A stretch of DNA of 18,196 bases from contig JAWLEP010000047.1 of the NCBI GenBank assembly GCA_041686025.1, positions 1 through 18,196 on the forward strand. The letters are read 5' to 3'. The translations under genes and the position numbers were made by a program. How positions within the stretch are numbered: position 1 is the stretch's first letter; every line of letters begins with the position of its first letter. Source of the DNA: Candidatus Fermentibacteraceae bacterium. Its GTDB lineage: Bacteria; Fermentibacterota; Fermentibacteria; Fermentibacterales; JCC-6. The notes under the pieces were generated by a model. That model was not told where the DNA came from. It saw nothing but the letters and a program-made list of their open reading frames with translations, and searched no databases. Below are positions 7,080 to 15,306 of this stretch, piece after piece.

Positions 7080-8963
7080 GTGGACGGCTTCTCCCTGAAG
7101 CAGCGGATCCGCTACAGGATCGACCGGCTGGTTGCCAAGAGCGCCATATGGCAGGTCCTGATGCTGGCCGTGGTGGTGGTGGCGCTGATGGTGATCGGCG
7201 CCCTTGCGGTTAGCCAGTGCAACCCCGAGAACCTGGGCCGGGACGGCGACGCGCCCTGGACCTACCGGCTCTGGTGGGCGGCGATACGGGTGATAGACCC
7301 CGGCAACTTCGCCGGTGACTACACCGAGGAGATAGTGGCCGTAACCGGCGTGACAATCAGCCTGGCGGGCATACTGATCTTCTCGCTCCTCATCGGCATA
7401 CTCTCCTCCAAGCTCACCGAGAAGATGGACCTGATGAAGCGCGGCAAGTCGCCGGTGGTGGAGAGGGACCACACGGTCATAGTGGGCACTGGTGACAAGC
7501 TCTTCGACGTGGTGCGGGAGATAGTGGAGGCCAACGAGAACCACAGGGGCAGGGCCATAGCCGTCTTCTCCCCCGTGCCCAAGCAGGACATGGAGGAGGC
7601 CATGGACGAGCGGGTGGGGGATTTCAAGGGCACCCGCATGGCCTACAGGACGGGGAGGGCCTCGGACCTGGACGCCCTGAGGATGCTCAACCTGGGCGCC
7701 GCCCGCAGCCTGGTGGTTCTGGGGGAATCGGACCCGGCGAACATCAAGGTGCTCATGGCCGCACGGAGCCTGATGAGCGGGAAGAGGCAACGGAGGATCA
7801 GCGCCGTCTGCGAGATACGCGAGCAGCGGATGGGCCACATCGCCGAGCTCTCCTTTCCCGGCGTCCGCTGGGTCCCGGTGAGGGAGGTGATCACCAGGCT
7901 GGTGGTCCAGGTCTGCCGCCACCCAGGCCTGTCCAAAGTATACTCCGAGCTGCTGAGCTTCCAGGGCAACGAGATCTACTTCGTGGCAAAGCCGGGAATG
8001 GCCGGACGCAGCTTCGGGCAGATGGCCCTCTGCACCACGGAGAGTGTGGTGCTGGGAATCGCCAGGGGCGGGAGGATCATGCTCAATCCTCCGCCAGATA
8101 CCGCCATCGAGAAGGGCGATGATCTCGTAGTGCTGATGCTGGACGACGACAGGTTCGACCCCGACCTGTCCAGGGATGCGAAGCCGGTTGAGATCTGCGG
8201 CGATTGCCCTCGGCCCGAGCCCGGAAGGGAGCGGATACTGATCCTCTCGGGTGACCGGAGGAACCTGACGCTGATGGTGACCCTTCTGGACAGCTACGTG
8301 GGCCCGGAAAGCTCGGGCGTAATCGCCGGCTCTCTGCAGCCGGAGGAGGCGCGGAATCTGGTGGAGGGGATAGGAGACACCACGAATCTGGCGGTATCCT
8401 ACCGGAGGATGGCCAGGAGCGACCCCCGGGAGTTGGAGGAGCTGGCCCCCTTCGGCTACGACAGCGTGATAGTGACCTCCAGCGAGAGCGAGGACGACGA
8501 GACCTCCGACACCGAGTGCATCACCACCCTGCTGATAATGAAGAGGATACGCGAAGGGCTCTCCGCGCCACCGGAGACCACGGTGGTCTCGGAGATAAGG
8601 AACCCCCGCAACCGGAGGCTGGCCAACACCGCCGAGATAGACGATTTCGTGGTGAGCAACGAGGTCACCAGCATGGTCATGGCCCAGCTGGCCGAGGAAC
8701 CCAGGATCTGGGGCGTCTACAGGGAGATCTTCGACCCCAGGGGGTCCGAGATATACCTGCGCGGGGCCACCTGGATATGCCCCGGACAGGACACCGCAAC
8801 CTTCCGCGAGCTGGTGAGGTGCGGCCTGAGCAGGCGGGAGATAGTGATGGGGTGCATAGACTACGCGGGTGACGACGAGGGGGAGCTGGTTCTGAATCCG
8901 CCGCCGGACACCGTGGTGGACCTGCGCAACGGATGCCAGCTGGTGACCCTGGCGAAGGGATAG
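7080..8963 (+). CDS. CASTOR/POLLUX (DMI1)-like cation channel with tandem RCK domains
   Basis: RIRYRIDR N-terminus, TM helix, pore-like WW...IDPGNFAGD, second TM, then KRGKSPVVERDHTVIVG (RCK1), LSFQGNEIY, LNPPPD, DDFVVSNE..SMVMAQLAE, FDPRGSEIYL. Likely start GTG 7080 after GAGGGG; the ORF extends to 6984. Confidence 0.8.
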   Translation: MDGFSLKQRIRYRIDRLVAKSAIWQVLMLAVVVVALMVIGALAVSQCNPENLGRDGDAPWTYRLWWAAIRVIDPGNFAGDYTEEIVAVTGVTISLAGILIFSLLIGILSSKLTEKMDLMKRGKSPVVERDHTVIVGTGDKLFDVVREIVEANENHRGRAIAVFSPVPKQDMEEAMDERVGDFKGTRMAYRTGRASDLDALRMLNLGAARSLVVLGESDPANIKVLMAARSLMSGKRQRRISAVCEIREQRMGHIAELSFPGVRWVPVREVITRLVVQVCRHPGLSKVYSELLSFQGNEIYFVAKPGMAGRSFGQMALCTTESVVLGIARGGRIMLNPPPDTAIEKGDDLVVLMLDDDRFDPDLSRDAKPVEICGDCPRPEPGRERILILSGDRRNLTLMVTLLDSYVGPESSGVIAGSLQPEEARNLVEGIGDTTNLAVSYRRMARSDPRELEELAPFGYDSVIVTSSESEDDETSDTECITTLLIMKRIREGLSAPPETTVVSEIRNPRNRRLANTAEIDDFVVSNEVTSMVMAQLAEEPRIWGVYREIFDPRGSEIYLRGATWICPGQDTATFRELVRCGLSRREIVMGCIDYAGDDEGELVLNPPPDTVVDLRNGCQLVTLAKG

Positions 8964-8966
8964 TCC

Positions 8967-9710
8967 ATGTCCACAGCCCAAATCGTGAGGGCATCCGCCA
9001 GGCTGATGGGCCTGGTTCTGGGTGTACTGGCCCTGACGGCAGGGGCCGTCATAGTGCTGGTGGCACTCTCCTACAGGGGAAGCCTGGACGACTCCATGGA
9101 CACGGTATACGGCGGGCTGGAGAGCGCCCGGTCGGCGGTGGAGGCCGTATCCTCCGGCGCCTCGTCCTCCACCGACCTGGTCTCCCGGGTAAGGGAGTCG
9201 CTGGAGGCCAGCGGAGAGGTGCTGCAGGAGACCGGGGACGCCCTGGGGGGCACGCGGACCTCTGTGGACAGGCTGGGGAGCCTGACGTCGTCTGCCGCTT
9301 CGGAGCTGGCCGCGATCAGCGAGCGGGCGGCCGTGGTCCTGGGACGGAACAGCCTCGGCGCCACCATCGGCCAGCTACAGCAGAGCAGCCAGACCTCGCA
9401 GATGCTCTCGGCAAGGCTGGACACGCTGCGGGTCAGTATTCTCCACTTGAGGCAGGACGTACTGGAGGTGGCCCTGGCGGTGGAGGGCCTGGAGACGGAC
9501 ATGTTCTCCACGGAGGCGGCCTTCGGCAAGGCGGAGGAGCACCTGGCCGGCGCCGCCGAGGCCGCCGAGCGGCTTTCCGGCTCCGGGGCCCTCTTCTGGG
9601 TCCTGGCCGGTCTGGGTTGCATCGTTTTCCTGGCCGGCGTTCATCTGGTACTTCTCTCGGCCGTCCTGGCGGGCGTGCGGGAGGCAAAGGACGAAGGAGG
9701 TGAGGCATGA
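8967..9710 (+). CDS. Hypothetical membrane protein (TM - long heptad/helical region - TM)
   Basis: 247 aa, hydrophobic stretches near both termini, Ala/Ser/Leu/Glu-rich heptad-like middle. Starts 3 nt after the channel stop; host-like codon usage. Confidence 0.7.
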   Translation: MSTAQIVRASARLMGLVLGVLALTAGAVIVLVALSYRGSLDDSMDTVYGGLESARSAVEAVSSGASSSTDLVSRVRESLEASGEVLQETGDALGGTRTSVDRLGSLTSSAASELAAISERAAVVLGRNSLGATIGQLQQSSQTSQMLSARLDTLRVSILHLRQDVLEVALAVEGLETDMFSTEAAFGKAEEHLAGAAEAAERLSGSGALFWVLAGLGCIVFLAGVHLVLLSAVLAGVREAKDEGGEA

Positions 9711-10222
9711 GATATTTCTTCCCCGTTCTGTTCGCCGGCCTTGCGGCCTGCGCCTGGGCCGGCTCTGTAAGGATACTGGACCACGACCTGGAGATCCCGG
9801 TGGGCGGTTACAGGTACGTGGCCATCCCCGTGCAACCCTCGCAGGAGGAGGACGCTCGCATCGTGGGCGACCTGAAGGTAGACCCGGACACGCTGGGGGT
9901 GGAGCTGCTCCTGATATGGGAGTACCAGATGCCCGGCTGGACGGAGCTCGAGGCCGAGGTCGATACCCTCTACCACAGCAGACAGGCCTCCGGGTCCGTG
10001 AACATCCCCCTTCTGGGCTTCGGCCGCTACGCCCTGATACTCAGCAACCGCGGCAACTACGCGCCGGCGGAGGTGCACGGCACCCTGAGCCTGGTCTTCG
10101 AGGGCGAGGGCCGGGTCTACGACCCCCTTCAGACCGCGCTCTACCTGGCTCTTGCGCTGGTGGCACTGGGCGGTATCGTAACGCTGGTGGTTGTGGCCGT
10201 CAGGACTTTCAAGAATAAATAG
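9707..10222 (+). CDS. Hypothetical type I membrane protein (signal peptide, beta-rich domain, C-terminal TM)
   Basis: 171 aa, GGAGGT RBS, ATGA overlap with the upstream stop, N-terminal signal (..ACAWA), C-terminal hydrophobic helix and basic tail RTFKNK. Confidence 0.7.
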   Translation: MRYFFPVLFAGLAACAWAGSVRILDHDLEIPVGGYRYVAIPVQPSQEEDARIVGDLKVDPDTLGVELLLIWEYQMPGWTELEAEVDTLYHSRQASGSVNIPLLGFGRYALILSNRGNYAPAEVHGTLSLVFEGEGRVYDPLQTALYLALALVALGGIVTLVVVAVRTFKNK

Positions 10223-10288
10223 CGCGTGCAACCGGAAGAAGATGACTGACATAGAAGAGCTCAGATACATTGGAGAAAGGGAGTTCAC

Positions 10289-10741
10289 ATGCTGATTTCA
10301 ACCCGCAGCCGTTACGGTCTGAGAGCCCTGGCCGAGCTGGGAAGGAGTGATCCGGACGAGCCTCTCTCCCTGGCCAGCATCGCCGAGTCCGAGCTGATAC
10401 CCGTCCGTTACCTGGAGCAGATCTTCGGCAAGCTCAGGGCGGTGGGGATCATCTGCGGACGCCGGGGGCCGGGCGGGGGGTACATGCTCTGCAGGCCCCC
10501 CGAGGAGATCAGGCTCTACGACGTGGTCAACGTGCTGGAGACGGACTTCCTTCCCATCAACTGCCTTACCGACAGCGCCGAGTGCGGCGAGGCCGACGAG
10601 AACTGCCGCTGCAGGCTGGAGGACCGGTGCGTTACGAAGGAGCTGTGGGAGAAGATGCGTGATATCTACTTCACCATCCTGAGGGAGAACACACTTGCCG
10701 ATCTCATGGCCGGAGAGCTGCACAAGGTAGACCTCCGCTGA
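10289..10741 (+). CDS. Rrf2 family transcriptional regulator (IscR-like, Cys-rich)
   Basis: [37 protein letters not shown]; Cys cluster in the C-terminal half; AGGGAG RBS; heads nifU-nifS. Confidence 0.92.
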   Translation: MLISTRSRYGLRALAELGRSDPDEPLSLASIAESELIPVRYLEQIFGKLRAVGIICGRRGPGGGYMLCRPPEEIRLYDVVNVLETDFLPINCLTDSAECGEADENCRCRLEDRCVTKELWEKMRDIYFTILRENTLADLMAGELHKVDLR

Positions 10742-11313
10742 TGTGGAACTACAGCCAGAAGCTCCTCGACCACTTCACCAATCCCCGCAACGTGGGCTCC
10801 CTGGACAACCCCGACGGCCACGCCGAGGTGGGGTCTCCCGAGTGCGGCGACGCCATGCAGCTGGACATAAGGGTGGACGCAGATGACAGGATCGAGGAGG
10901 CGCTGTTCATGACCTTCGGCTGCGCCAGCGCCATCGCCTCCGCATCGGCGCTCACCGAGATGGTGAAGGGGCGGACCCTGGCGGAGGCCGAGAGCCTCGA
11001 GAACGACCAGATCGTGGAGTACCTGGGAGGCATGCCGGAGGAGAAGATCCACTGCTCGGTGATGGGCAGCGAGGCCATGCGCAGGGCCATTGCGGACTTC
11101 AGGAGCCGGCGCGACCGCGTTCGGCAGGCCATAGCCTCCCTGCCGCCTGAGCTGTCCCGGGCCCTGGAGGGCTGCAGTCTGCCCCTGGAGAGGGCGGGTG
11201 CCACCCGCGTGGAGCTGGTCTGCGGGGGCGAGGGCCGCCCTCCGGTGGAGGAGCTCGAGCGGTACCTGGCCGACAGAGCGGGGCATTCGGTGGAGGTGAA
11301 GGTCAGCGTATGA
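10741..11313 (+). CDS. nifU: Fe-S cluster scaffold (IscU/NifU N-terminal domain) with C-terminal extension
   Basis: [33 protein letters not shown] (three scaffold Cys); TGATG overlap with rrf2. Confidence 0.88.
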   Translation: MWNYSQKLLDHFTNPRNVGSLDNPDGHAEVGSPECGDAMQLDIRVDADDRIEEALFMTFGCASAIASASALTEMVKGRTLAEAESLENDQIVEYLGGMPEEKIHCSVMGSEAMRRAIADFRSRRDRVRQAIASLPPELSRALEGCSLPLERAGATRVELVCGGEGRPPVEELERYLADRAGHSVEVKVSV

Positions 11314-12458
11314 CGGCCTACTTCGACAGCAACGCCACCACCAGGCTGGCCCCGGAGGCCCTGGAGGCCATGCTTCCGTTCCTGGGGGAGAGCTACGGCA
11401 ACCCCTCGGCCTTCTGCCGCTTCGGCAGGGCGCTTCTGGACCCCATGGAGGGTGCGCGGATAGAGCTGGCCCACCTGCTGGGGGCCGACCCCTCCGAGAT
11501 CATCTTCACATCGGGCGGGACCGAGAGCAACAACATGGCCATCAAGGGGGCGGTAAGGCTCATGCCGGGAAGGAACAGGATAGTGGCCTCCGCCGTGGAG
11601 CACCCGGCGGTGATGGAGCCGCTGGCCTTCCTGGAACGGAACGGCATGGAGATAAGCTCCGTGCCGGTGGACGGCGAGGGCATGCTGGACCTTGCCGAGC
11701 TGGAATCCCTTCTGGACGAGGACGTGGCCCTGGTAACCGTGATGATGGCCAACAACGAGACCGGCGTGATCTTCCCCATGCAGCAGGTGGCCGAGATGGC
11801 CCACCGGGCGGGAGCCCTCTTCCACACCGACGCGGTGCAGGCGGTGGGCAAGATCCCGGTGGACGTGCAGCAGATAGGCGCAGACATGATCAGCGTGTCC
11901 GCCCACAAGCTCCACGGCCCCAAAGGAACGGGGGCGATATACATAAAGGGGGGCATAGACCTGCCGCCCCTGATACACGGGGGGCACCACGAGTGCGGCC
12001 TGCGGGCCGGCACCTACAACGTCCCGGGAATAGTGGGTCTGGGCAAAGCGGTGGCGCTGGCGGCCCGGGAGCTTGACCGGCAGGGCAGAGACCTCTCCTC
12101 CATGCGCAGGAGGATAGAGGAGATGATACTGGAGAGCTGCCCCGGCTCGTCCATCCTGGGCAGCGGCAGCCCGCGGCTTCCCAACACCATCTGCGTCGTC
12201 TTCGAGGGAGTGGAGAGCGAAGCGGTGCTCACCATGCTGGACATGGCGGGCATATGCGCCTCGTCGGGGTCGGCCTGCAGCACGGGCCAGTCGGGGCCCA
12301 GCCACGTGTTCAGGGCCATGGGCCTCAGCGACGCCCTGGCCAACAGCGCCGTGAGGATCAGCTTCGACCGCTACACGACCGAGGGGGACGAGAGGCTGCT
12401 GGCGGCGCACCTGCCGCAGATAATCGAGAAGCTGAGGGCCATCTCGCCCTACTCCTGA
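11310..12458 (+). CDS. nifS: Cysteine desulfurase (NifS/IscS group I)
   Basis: [51 protein letters not shown] (PLP Lys), RAGT.N, SSGSACS (catalytic Cys); ATGA overlap with nifU. Confidence 0.95.
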   Translation: MTAYFDSNATTRLAPEALEAMLPFLGESYGNPSAFCRFGRALLDPMEGARIELAHLLGADPSEIIFTSGGTESNNMAIKGAVRLMPGRNRIVASAVEHPAVMEPLAFLERNGMEISSVPVDGEGMLDLAELESLLDEDVALVTVMMANNETGVIFPMQQVAEMAHRAGALFHTDAVQAVGKIPVDVQQIGADMISVSAHKLHGPKGTGAIYIKGGIDLPPLIHGGHHECGLRAGTYNVPGIVGLGKAVALAARELDRQGRDLSSMRRRIEEMILESCPGSSILGSGSPRLPNTICVVFEGVESEAVLTMLDMAGICASSGSACSTGQSGPSHVFRAMGLSDALANSAVRISFDRYTTEGDERLLAAHLPQIIEKLRAISPYS

Positions 12459-13108
12459 CCGGCCCCGCTCCCGTCCCGGCCCCTGAAGGCGGTGACCACC
12501 ACGAAGCTGCCCTCGTCGCGGCCCTCCTTCACCGGTTCTTCAACGTGTACGCTCTCCGCGTCTCCGAATAGGGTCTGCCGCCACTGCAGGCCCGACAGAC
12601 CGCAGCCTCGCACCAGCTCCTCGATCTCCGCCGAGGAGAAAAACGCGGCCGAGGCGTAGAACGGGCTGGCGTCCCGGTTGCCGCGGTAGAGCTTCCCCAG
12701 GCTGCTGTCGCGGTCGATGTAGCCGATGACCAGCCTCCCGCCGCCGCGCAGCACCCTTGATGCCTCGTCCACGCATGCCCGGGGGTCGTCCACGAAGCAT
12801 ATGGTGGTAACCACCAGCACCAGGTCGAAGGTGTCGTCGGCGAAGGGCAGGTGCTCGGCAACTCCGGCCACCGGCCTCATGCCCCTCTGCGCCGCCCGGC
12901 GGCGCATGGCGGCCGCCGGCTCTACCCCCATGCCTATGTGCAGGGGAATGGCGAACCTGCCCGTTCCCGAACCCACCTCCAGGCCCCTGCCCTGCTCATC
13001 GGGGGGGCCGGCGGCCGCCCGCACCGCCGCCAGCTCGGAGCGGTAGGCGGCTGCGTTGGTCCGGAACCAGCTGTCGTAGCGGTCGGCCTTCCTCTCGAAG
13101 ACGCTCAT
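12449..13108 (-). CDS. Class I SAM-dependent methyltransferase (Methyltransf_11-like)
   Basis: FERKADRYDSWF, LEVGSGTGRF (motif I), GVEPA, AEHLPFADDTFD, ICFVDDP, RVLRGGGRL. Start re-assigned to ATG 13108 (ATGA overlap with the upstream gene); 219 aa. Confidence 0.88.
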   Translation of the reverse strand: MSVFERKADRYDSWFRTNAAAYRSELAAVRAAAGPPDEQGRGLEVGSGTGRFAIPLHIGMGVEPAAAMRRRAAQRGMRPVAGVAEHLPFADDTFDLVLVVTTICFVDDPRACVDEASRVLRGGGRLVIGYIDRDSSLGKLYRGNRDASPFYASAAFFSSAEIEELVRGCGLSGLQWRQTLFGDAESVHVEEPVKEGRDEGSFVVVTAFRGRDGSGAGQE

Positions 13109-13710
13109 TTGATCTTCAGCGTGATGGCTCCGAAGGGGCACACCTCCAGGCAGGCTCCGCAGCGGACGCAGCGCCACCGGTCCACCATGGCCAGGCCATC
13201 GGCGGATATGGCCCCCACCGGGCAGGCCGGCTCGCAGAAGCCGCACTCCTCGCAGAGGCCGGCGTCCACGGAGGCCGCCATGGTGACGGAGACGCCGTTT
13301 CGGAGCCTGACATGCTCCCTCTCGGGAGCGGGCCGCATCCATTCACGCTCCACCCGGTCCCAGCGGAGGTGCAGCCTCTCCAGCACCTCGCCGGCCGGAG
13401 CGGGGTCGTCCATCACCGGCACGAAGTGCCTCACCAACCTCTTTATGTTGGGCCCGAAGCACCCGCCCACCACCACCTGCACTCCATGGGACTCCAGAAG
13501 CTGCCGCACGGACCCCGCCTTCGCAGAGGCGTCGTCCTCGGATACTTCCAGCGTCTCGTTTCGCACCAGGGTCAGCTCCCGGAAGCCGTCCTCTGAGTAC
13601 CTGTAGAGACGGTAGGCCTCGGCCGAGCCGAAGTGACGTCCGCTGAGCCTTCCCTGCGAGTCCACGGCCAGCGCCGCCGTGAGGTCGTCATTCGTCCCTT
13701 CCGGAGACAT
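13105..13710 (-). CDS. NifB/NifX-family domain fused to a 2x[4Fe-4S] ferredoxin domain
   Basis: HFGSAEAY, GVQVVVGGCFGP in the N-terminal domain; CEECGFCEPACP and CVRCGACLEVCP at the C-terminus; GGAAGG upstream of ATG. Confidence 0.85.
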   Translation of the reverse strand: MSPEGTNDDLTAALAVDSQGRLSGRHFGSAEAYRLYRYSEDGFRELTLVRNETLEVSEDDASAKAGSVRQLLESHGVQVVVGGCFGPNIKRLVRHFVPVMDDPAPAGEVLERLHLRWDRVEREWMRPAPEREHVRLRNGVSVTMAASVDAGLCEECGFCEPACPVGAISADGLAMVDRWRCVRCGACLEVCPFGAITLKIK

Positions 13711-13743
13711 CGTATCCCTTCCGTTGAACGTGGACAGCCGCTT

Positions 13744-14493
13744 CTAGAAGCCGAAGCCGGTCCAGGAGGCGCCCGCCTCCAGGCGGTAGCGCCAGGGTCC
13801 GTCCAGCCCCGCCCTGACGGCCCCGTGCAGGCCCATGGCTCCCGCCAGGTCGTAGGCGCAGCAGGCGGAGGCGGTGAGCTCGCCGGCGGTGCTTCCCTCC
13901 AGTGACCCCGCCAGCTGAAGCCCCCGGGAGACGAAGCTGGAGCTCCCGAAGACGAACCGGGCGTAGTCGTCGATGTCGTCGCTGAAGGGGTCGTTGCCGG
14001 AGGCCAGGCCGTACAGGCCTGTGGCAGAGAGCCGGAAGAGCCTGAAGGTGGTCCCGGTGGAGGCTCCCATCTCCAGACGCGATCCGCCGTCCCGGGACTC
14101 CGAGCCGGTGGGAAGCGAGGCCCTGGCCCGCAGGACCAGGTTGGTCCCGCCCCTGGCCCTCTCGTAGAGGTAGGAGGCCCCGACGCTGATGTTGCCCAGC
14201 GCCCCGCCCTCCATCCCGTCGTCGTCCAGGTAGAGGGGAAGGGCGGTGCAGACCTCCAGGTTCGAAAGCGCGCCCCAGCAGCCGCGAAGGGGAAGGCGGA
14301 CCAGATCGCTGCCCCCCTCCAGCTCCCCGAAGCCGGCTGCCGCGGTTATGCGCAGGCCGCCCACCGGCATCACGTCTGCGGTGGGAAGGCCGGGGAAGCC
14401 CGAAAAGCCGAACTCGTCGGTAAGCACCGCCGGCGCGTCCTCCGCGGGCAGCTGGAGCGGCAGCAGCAGAACCAGAAGAAGAGAGCAAGCCAC
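13744..14493 (-). CDS. Putative outer-membrane beta-barrel protein
   Basis: Probable GTG start at 14493 after AAAGGA, signal peptide, alternating strands (LGNISVGASY, RASLPTG, LEAGASWTGFGF) and terminal Phe. Confidence 0.6.
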   Translation of the reverse strand: MACSLLLVLLLPLQLPAEDAPAVLTDEFGFSGFPGLPTADVMPVGGLRITAAAGFGELEGGSDLVRLPLRGCWGALSNLEVCTALPLYLDDDGMEGGALGNISVGASYLYERARGGTNLVLRARASLPTGSESRDGGSRLEMGASTGTTFRLFRLSATGLYGLASGNDPFSDDIDDYARFVFGSSSFVSRGLQLAGSLEGSTAGELTASACCAYDLAGAMGLHGAVRAGLDGPWRYRLEAGASWTGFGF

Positions 14494-14655
14494 GGCGTGT
14501 CCTTTCTTCTCTCGGAATGGCAGTACGGGCCAGCAGTCGGCAGTTGCAGACCTGCTGTCCGTCTTACTATGAAATAACGGTCCCGCAGGGAATATAGTCA
14601 ACCGACCGGGAGGGTTCGTATCACAGCCTCGAAGACCCCGACGACTGGAGGGCGC

Positions 14656-15060
14656 ATGAAGCTGTCAGAGGCGGCCGTGATGCTGCTCACCGCCGCGGCC
14701 GTTTTCGGCCTGGTGATCGTCATCCTCCATCCGGAGCCCCCGGCCCGACCCGTGCCGGAGCCCGTACTGGAGCAGGCGGCGGAGTCCTCCTTCAGCCGGG
14801 AGTGCATGGAGGTGGGCTACGGCGCCGGGCAGTCCCCCCGGGTGGACTCCCTCAGCGGCGACACCATAGTGATGAGTATAGACCTGGACACCACCCGGTT
14901 CACCCAGCCCCAGGCGAACCTGCGGATCACCCGCCTGCTCCGGGAGCACGGGTACACCCACCATCTTACCCGCAGGAGGGCGGACGGCGGCCTTTCCTTC
15001 CTTGCCGAGAGGCCGGACGGGTACCCGCTGAGAATAGAGCTGAAGATCCCCGCCAGGTAG
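14656..15060 (+). CDS. Hypothetical protein with N-terminal membrane anchor
   Basis: 134 aa, GGAGGG RBS, hydrophobic N-terminal helix, Pro-rich linker, small alpha/beta domain. Confidence 0.65.
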   Translation: MKLSEAAVMLLTAAAVFGLVIVILHPEPPARPVPEPVLEQAAESSFSRECMEVGYGAGQSPRVDSLSGDTIVMSIDLDTTRFTQPQANLRITRLLREHGYTHHLTRRRADGGLSFLAERPDGYPLRIELKIPAR

Positions 15061-15114
15061 CCGGACTCCGCGCCGGAACGGGACACCTCCTGCCGTGGAG
15101 CCGAGGCCTGATCG

Positions 15115-15143
15115 TTGACAAGACGGCCTCGGGGAGGTATTTG
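15115..15143 (+). promoter_or_regulatory. Possible promoter of secDF
   Basis: Perfect TTGACA (15115-15120), 17 nt, TATTTG (weak -10). The -35 lies inside the inverted repeat CCGAGGCC/GGCCTCGG (15101-15108 / 15125-15132). Confidence 0.35.
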
Positions 15144-15306
15144 TCGCACCCTGTAAGCCCGATGGAGTTGGTTCGAGAGACGCAATTAGGAGTCCGCGCT
15201 CCGCGCCTGCGCCTTCCCGACAGGAGGCGGCGCCGGAGGCGCCGGACCGCCTGAGGCCGGAGTCCCCCGTCAAGAGCCGGCCCGTTACGTCCTACTGGAG
15301 GTCCCC

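Noticed and set aside
7038..8981. 647-aa ORF on the - strand
   Set aside because: Antisense shadow of the channel gene, with His/Gly/Val/Pro-rich composition typical of mirror ORFs.
10749..12410. 553-aa ORF on the - strand
   Set aside because: Antisense to the clearly identified nifU-nifS.
13109..13342. N-terminal 78 aa of the 297-aa methyltransferase ORF
   Set aside because: Overlaps the ferredoxin-fusion gene in another frame; ATG 13108 is the better start.
10289..13710. Nitrogen fixation cluster or selenocysteine readthrough
   Set aside because: No nifHDK/ENB genes here. The TGA stops of rrf2, nifU and the NifX fusion overlap the next ATG, consistent with normal translational coupling.
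15150..15260. tRNA or known ncRNA suggested by GGTTCGAGA
   Set aside because: No cloverleaf, acceptor stem or T-arm pairing could be built.
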